A stretch of 18,373 nucleotides of DNA, from IMG/VR virus record IMGVR_UViG_3300045988_028413, positions 1 through 18,373 of that record. One strand, given 5' to 3'. Below the pieces are notes generated by a model. It did not search any database. It had not been told where the DNA came from and saw nothing but the letters and a program-made list of their open reading frames with translations. Positions 14,416 to 18,373 of this stretch are shown piece after piece (position 1 is the first letter of the stretch; each line of letters starts with the position of its first letter). This DNA comes from a virus. The position numbers and the translations under genes were made by a program.

Positions 14416-14421
14416 TATAGT
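14413..14421 (+). promoter_or_regulatory. Extended -10-like element TGaTATAGT overlapping the fibre stop codon (ggaATGTGAtatagt)
   Basis: Same ATGTGATATA arrangement as at 2271-2284. It is followed by the conserved tcggcatatgat motif, which also appears at 15692-15703. Confidence 0.4.
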
Positions 14422-14430
14422 CGGCATATG

Positions 14431-14463
14431 ATAGCCATGCCACTATAATGGTGGTATGGCTAT
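14431..14463 (+). promoter_or_regulatory. 13-bp hairpin (atagccatgccac-tataatg-gtggtatggctat, one G-T pair) with TATAAT in the loop; the 3' arm contains the CHAP-gene start codon (14456)
   Basis: Read directly from the sequence. It could occlude the start codon and SD in the mRNA. Confidence 0.45.
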
Positions 14464-15670
14464 TACTTTCTCACAGTGGATTGATCAGACAAAAAACCGA
14501 TACTGGGATATGGACGGCGCGTATGGGGCGCAATGCTGGGACTTATGGGCAAAATATTCCATGGATATGTACGGCATGTCCATACAGGACTGTATTACCC
14601 CTACCGGTTATGCGGGCGGACTGTACACCTCATATCCCGTGTCGGCTCGATGCGAACAAGTGTACGAACGTATCCCTGCCAATGGGTACTCGCCTGTGGC
14701 GGGGGATGTAGCAATATGGGGATACGGCACATATACCCCCTACACGCATGTTGCGATTGTGGCTAGCAATGATGGGGTGAAAAACAACAGCATTTACATC
14801 ATCACCCAAAATCCGGACGCAAGCGCACTCAAATGGTTTCCCACCGCTGGACTGTTGGGCTACCTACATCCCCGTGCCATGCCGAAGCCGGACGTGGACA
14901 ATCCGACCGGCGACAACAATCAAGGACACCCCGACACAGCGCGGGGCGGCGCGTGGATACACTGGCAGGGTGACAATCTGTACTTGCACGAAACAGACAA
15001 TAATGGCGCAAGGACTCGCATTTTTTATAAGACAACCGCCAATAATTTTTCGGAAAAAGCGTCGCAAGGCCAACCGTCCGACTCGCAAGGACAAGGCCAC
15101 CCATCCAGCTCGGTCAGTGCGGAAAACTCTTATGCCCTCTATGTGGTCGGCACAGTGGAAGCGGGATTACGCTGGGATGCAGTTGAAGCGGCCAACTTGC
15201 AGGGTATCGGCATTGCGCAATGGAGTTTCGGACGCCGATTGCAAGTGTTGAATGCCATGAAGACGGCAGACCCAACCGGCTATACGGCATTCAAAACCGC
15301 CGCGCCGCAGATTGCGGCACTCATGGAATCAGGGGGCGAGTTTACTCGGAGCCTCACGCAGGCAGAAGCGGCGGCATTTCAAGCGTGGGCGGCACGTAGT
15401 GAATCCCATGAGGGTCAGCGCAGGCAGTTCGCCGAAGACTACGTCGGATATCCGCACCAGTATGATGATAATAAAATGCAGATACTATGGGTTACGGCAT
15501 ACCACCAATCACCCGCGAACGCGCTCAAGGTGCCGAAGGCGTCGAATCTCGCACAGCTCAAAAACAATATTCTGAGCACGTACCCATTTCAGCCGTACGT
15601 GAATCGATACAATCAGGCGTACTCATTGTTGAGTGTGTGGGATGGAAAATCGAATCCGCCCGCATTCTAA
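14456..15670 (+). CDS. Tail-associated cell-wall hydrolase (phi29 gp13 analogue by position): N-terminal CHAP peptidase domain plus ~240-aa C-terminal domain of unknown, possibly glycosidase-like, function
   Basis: CHAP Cys in GAYGAQCWDLW and His in YTPYTHVAIV, then IITQNP. It is paralogous to the endolysin CHAP (DMDGAYGGQCWDLW...NHVAIVV...MSQNP). It lies between the fibre and the packaging ATPase. The C-terminal region (YALYVVGTVEAGLRWDAVEAANLQGIGIAQWSF...) is unassigned. Confidence 0.75.
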   Translation: MAITFSQWIDQTKNRYWDMDGAYGAQCWDLWAKYSMDMYGMSIQDCITPTGYAGGLYTSYPVSARCEQVYERIPANGYSPVAGDVAIWGYGTYTPYTHVAIVASNDGVKNNSIYIITQNPDASALKWFPTAGLLGYLHPRAMPKPDVDNPTGDNNQGHPDTARGGAWIHWQGDNLYLHETDNNGARTRIFYKTTANNFSEKASQGQPSDSQGQGHPSSSVSAENSYALYVVGTVEAGLRWDAVEAANLQGIGIAQWSFGRRLQVLNAMKTADPTGYTAFKTAAPQIAALMESGGEFTRSLTQAEAAAFQAWAARSESHEGQRRQFAEDYVGYPHQYDDNKMQILWVTAYHQSPANALKVPKASNLAQLKNNILSTYPFQPYVNRYNQAYSLLSVWDGKSNPPAF

Positions 15671-15675
15671 ACGTG

Positions 15676-15684
15676 TGATATAAT
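15676..15684 (+). promoter_or_regulatory. Perfect extended -10 promoter TGaTATAAT upstream of the packaging ATPase gene
   Basis: acgtgTGATATAATaagg, six nt after the CHAP gene stop. Followed by the conserved tgtcggcatgtgat motif. Confidence 0.5.
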
Positions 15685-15734
15685 AAGGAATGTCGGCATG
15701 TGATGACTTCCCTTGAGCCGACCGTAACTAGTGG

Positions 15735-15774
15735 GAGCGTAACGGTGGTCATGACGTTACGCTCTCATTGTTTT
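15735..15774 (+). terminator. Hairpin (gagcgtaacg-10 nt loop-cgttacgctc) + tcattgtttt, followed by AGGAGG and ATG 15788; second copy of the terminator-SD cassette
   Basis: 10-bp perfect stem and U-tract. It shares attgttttaggagg with 7599-7613. Confidence 0.6.
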
Positions 15775-15787
15775 AGGAGGTGAGCGT

Positions 15788-16855
15788 ATGGCATTGCAAA
15801 CATTGGCCGAAGACGACTATTATGACTTGCATAACCTGCTCACCCGCAACGCTCCATGGAATTTCGTGATCGGAGCACGCGGCTTAGGCAAGACATTTGC
15901 GGCAAAGAGATATGGCATAAAAGAGTACATTAAGCACGGCCATGAGTTCATCTATCTCAGGCGTACGGACGTAGAACAACACCGCAAGGAAACCTTCTTC
16001 AAGGACATTCAAGAGTTCTTCCCCTCTTACGAATTTCGTGTGAATGGTGAAAAAGGACAATTGCATAAGACATCATGGGATGAAAAGGACTGGCGCACAT
16101 GCTGTTATTTCGTCGCCCTATCCCAAGCGGGCGGACTAAAATCAGTGGCCTACCCTAAAGTGCACTTGATTATTTTCGATGAAATCTTCCCCGACAATCT
16201 CAGATTCTTAAGTAACGAAGTGAACTCGTTTAGCGAGTTTTACAATACCGTTGACCGTTGGCAGGATAGAACAAAAGTACTATTCCTCTCTAATGCCGTC
16301 CAAAAGGCTAATCCATATTTTGCGAAATACCGACTTGACATTGGAGCACAGCAATCCAATCAACAGCAATACAAATTGTATTGTGGTGGTTTCGTATGTC
16401 TCGAATTGGCAGACTATGGCGGATTCAGTGCGAAAGTCGCACAGTCCAAGTTCGGACGATTTCTTGAGCAGTATGACGGGGATTATGCGGATTATGCAAT
16501 CAGAAACAGGTTCCGAGATGAATCGGACACATTACTGGCACCCATCCCCCCAGATGGCGAACTCTCCTACATTTTGGACACTACCGATTATGCGCGTTTT
16601 GGAGTGTGGGTTTCCGTATCCGAACGCGATGGGCATGTTTCACAATATGTTTCACGACGTATCCCCAAAGACAATACCAGACCCGTCTACACGCTCGACC
16701 CCAACCATGTTGACGAACACACTTGGTACGTTAAAAAGTCAGATGATATTATGCGACGGTTAACCACCGGCTATCGGCTGGGAAAAATACGGTTCGATGA
16801 TTCACAGGTGAAAGCCGATTTTGGCTTGATCATCGGAGAATTACTAGGAAAGTAA
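15788..16855 (+). CDS. DNA packaging ATPase (phi29 gp16-like), 355 aa
   Basis: NFVIGARGLGKTFAAKRYGIKEYIKHGHEFIYLRR compares with phi29 gp16 NFVIGARGIGKSYAMKVYPINRFIKYGEQFIYVRR (Walker A). HLIIFDEIF is the Walker B. LFLSNAVQKANPYF compares with ICLSNAVSVVNPYF. Confidence 0.95.
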   Translation: MALQTLAEDDYYDLHNLLTRNAPWNFVIGARGLGKTFAAKRYGIKEYIKHGHEFIYLRRTDVEQHRKETFFKDIQEFFPSYEFRVNGEKGQLHKTSWDEKDWRTCCYFVALSQAGGLKSVAYPKVHLIIFDEIFPDNLRFLSNEVNSFSEFYNTVDRWQDRTKVLFLSNAVQKANPYFAKYRLDIGAQQSNQQQYKLYCGGFVCLELADYGGFSAKVAQSKFGRFLEQYDGDYADYAIRNRFRDESDTLLAPIPPDGELSYILDTTDYARFGVWVSVSERDGHVSQYVSRRIPKDNTRPVYTLDPNHVDEHTWYVKKSDDIMRRLTTGYRLGKIRFDDSQVKADFGLIIGELLGK

Positions 16856-16866
16856 GGAGACAATTA

Positions 16867-17238
16867 ATGACAATGACGGCAACGGACGTGTGGTGTGTGT
16901 TCGCAGTAGTCTTCTTCATCATTGTGGACTACGTCACCGGTATTGCAAAAGCCATCTTGCAAGATACGCTCAGCTCACAGAAAATGCGACAAGGCCTATG
17001 GCACAAGTTCGCCTACCTCATGCTAACCTTAGTCGCCTATTTCGTAGACATGATTAATCTACACGTTGACTTGGGACTTCCAGTCAGCGTGTTCGTATGC
17101 ACAGTAGGCGGTATTAGCCTCATCGAACTCACCTCCATTTTGGAAAACATTACCGCCATCAACCCCGAACTAGCGGACGCCCCATTTATGAGCGTGTTCG
17201 CAAATACCAATACCCCCAAACATAAGAAGGAAAACTAG
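16867..17238 (+). CDS. Holin (123 aa, three predicted TM segments; phi29 gp14 / Gram-positive holin family-like)
   Basis: Strong SD (taaggagacaattaATG). TM1 VWCVFAVVFFIIVDYVTGIAKAIL carries the D-x-V-x-G motif seen in phi29 gp14 (VVDTVLGVL). Two further hydrophobic segments. Sits immediately upstream of the endolysin. Confidence 0.8.
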   Translation: MTMTATDVWCVFAVVFFIIVDYVTGIAKAILQDTLSSQKMRQGLWHKFAYLMLTLVAYFVDMINLHVDLGLPVSVFVCTVGGISLIELTSILENITAINPELADAPFMSVFANTNTPKHKKEN

Positions 17239-17239
17239 A

Positions 17240-17917
17240 ATGAATATTCAAGAATGGATGAACAGCGTTAACGGACAGGTAGTAGACATGGACGGCGCAT
17301 ACGGAGGACAATGCTGGGACTTATGGAGTTCCTACGCCCGAAACGTCTATGGCATTCCAGCCGCCGACACCAACACCGTTGACGGATACGCCGCAAGCGT
17401 CTATTCTGCACAATATGACCGCTCCCGCGCTCTACAAGACACGTTCTACAGAGAAGCAGGAAACTACACGCCAGTTTACGGTGACGTAGCATTTTGGAAC
17501 GGAGCAGGCATGAACCACGTAGCCATCGTAGTCAAAGACAATGGCAACGGCACCTTGGAAACCATGTCACAGAACCCAAACAAAGCCGGATACGTGACCC
17601 TCAGCAAGAACGGTATCATCGGCTACTTCCACCCGCGCACAGCAAACACGCCCGCACCGGCACCAGCAAACAACAACGTAACAGTCATTCCACGCACATA
17701 CAAGGTCAACGTGGACGTGCTTAACGTGCGTTCGGCACCGTCAACCTCAGCACCAGTAGTAGCCCAATACCATTACGGACAAACCGTCAACCTATCCGAA
17801 GGAGGCACTATCGCAGACGGATACATTTGGGCACACTATACAGGCGGCTCAGGAGCCACTAGATACGTCGCACTCGCACCCGCAGACAAATCAACGTGGT
17901 ATCTCGTATTCGCCTGA
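17240..17917 (+). CDS. Endolysin: N-terminal CHAP amidase/peptidase plus C-terminal SH3b-type cell-wall-binding domain (225 aa)
   Basis: CHAP Cys (DMDGAYGGQCWDLW) and His (MNHVAIVV). Linker TANTPAPAPANNN. C-terminal VNVDVLNVRSAPSTSAPVVAQYHYGQTVNL...GYIWAHY...RYVALA is typical of SH3_3/SH3_5. SD agaaggaaaactagaATG overlaps the holin stop. Confidence 0.85.
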   Translation: MNIQEWMNSVNGQVVDMDGAYGGQCWDLWSSYARNVYGIPAADTNTVDGYAASVYSAQYDRSRALQDTFYREAGNYTPVYGDVAFWNGAGMNHVAIVVKDNGNGTLETMSQNPNKAGYVTLSKNGIIGYFHPRTANTPAPAPANNNVTVIPRTYKVNVDVLNVRSAPSTSAPVVAQYHYGQTVNLSEGGTIADGYIWAHYTGGSGATRYVALAPADKSTWYLVFA

Positions 17918-17931
17918 TTTGACAGCATAAG

Positions 17932-17966
17932 AAAGCCCCTAGGCAAACCCCTAGGGGCTTTTACTT
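17932..17966 (+). terminator. Rho-independent terminator (aaagcccctagg-caaacc-cctaggggcttt + ttacttttacc) at the inner edge of the right ITR
   Basis: 12-bp perfect stem (containing a cccctagggg palindrome) plus a T-tract. It ends the rightward late operon 7 nt before the ITR, into which the leftward ITR gene copy converges. Confidence 0.75.
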
Positions 17967-17972
17967 TTACCT

Positions 17973-18373
17973 ATCACGCTTCCTCAAACGCTTCCACAAA
18001 ATCATCAGACGGAAACGAATCACAATCCTCATAACCCTCAATAGTCATATTATTGACCACCGCCACATGATGCAGATTCTCAACAATCACATCAATATCA
18101 AAATCAGAGAGTTGCTGACCACTGTTCAGAATATAATCCTCGGCGTAATCCTTAATAACGGTGTTGTTAATCATTTTATTTTTCCTTCCCTTGAAGTTGA
18201 TAACTACACTATAACACAAACAAAAACACGACACGCCCGAAAACAAACGAATGCAAAATATTAAAACACAGTTGCCAACCGGTCGGTAAGCAATTAGATA
18301 TTTAGACAAACATCTAACATTGCTGCCTGTCTGGAAGAGCATTTCCCCCATTCCATGGCAAACGCTGTCGTCC
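17973..18373. repeat. Right inverted terminal repeat (~401 bp)
   Basis: Reverse complement of 1-401; see the left ITR entry. Confidence 0.9.
17974..18174 (-). CDS. Second, identical copy of the ITR-encoded acidic 66-aa protein
   Basis: Mirror image of 200-400, and the only minus-strand gene in the window. Its own promoter-like TGtTATAGT is mirrored at about 18208-18216. Confidence 0.6.
   Translation of the reverse strand: MINNTVIKDYAEDYILNSGQQLSDFDIDVIVENLHHVAVVNNMTIEGYEDCDSFPSDDFVEAFEEA

Noticed and set aside
16251-16763. 170-aa alternative-frame ORF inside the packaging ATPase gene
   Set aside because: It fully overlaps a gene with unambiguous gp16-like motifs in another frame, and has no independent start signals.
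1-18373. Search for tRNA, CRISPR arrays, integrase or other mobile-element markers
   Set aside because: No direct-repeat/spacer array, no cloverleaf-compatible tRNA-like segment, and no recombinase-like ORF were seen by reading. The ITR-bounded linear genome itself is the mobile entity.

Overview
The window reads as a complete 18,373-bp linear phage genome. It is bounded by perfect ~401-bp inverted terminal repeats (ITRs): bases 1-401 are the reverse complement of 17973-18373. Every convincing gene lies on the + strand, except the second ITR copy of a small acidic gene. Gene content and order follow the protein-primed phi29-like podovirus layout:
- Left end: small early genes.
- Replication: p6-like and p5-like DNA-binding proteins, a terminal-protein candidate, then a small family-B DNA polymerase carrying the YxGG, Dx2SLYPS, Kx3NAxxG and YxNTDG motifs.
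- Head: acidic scaffold-like protein, then a major capsid protein with a C-terminal Ig-like (Big_2-type) domain.
- Tail: a gp9-like tail knob, a gp10-like portal, a lower-collar candidate, then three consecutive fibre/appendage genes sharing one N-terminal module. The largest fibre carries 32-aa tandem repeats and an SGNH/GDSL esterase domain.
- Right end: a CHAP-domain tail lysin, a gp16-like packaging ATPase, a 3-TM holin and a CHAP-SH3b endolysin.

Regulation appears to use extended -10 promoters (TGnTATAAT), several of which overlap stop codons. There are also hairpins with TATAAT in the loop placed directly before start codons, and a duplicated terminator-SD cassette (hairpin + ATTGTTTTAGGAGG + ATG).

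The main things to follow up are the long gene-bearing ITRs, the promoter-to-terminator non-coding unit after the polymerase gene (a pRNA-like candidate), the triple fibre-anchor module with a stand-alone 60-aa copy, the esterase fibre, and a polymerase with no recognisable ExoI DxE motif. The two CHAP domains and the SH3b domain suggest a Gram-positive host of moderate GC content, but no host is identified.

All assignments rest on reading the sequence and on my recollection of phi29 protein families. No database search was run.
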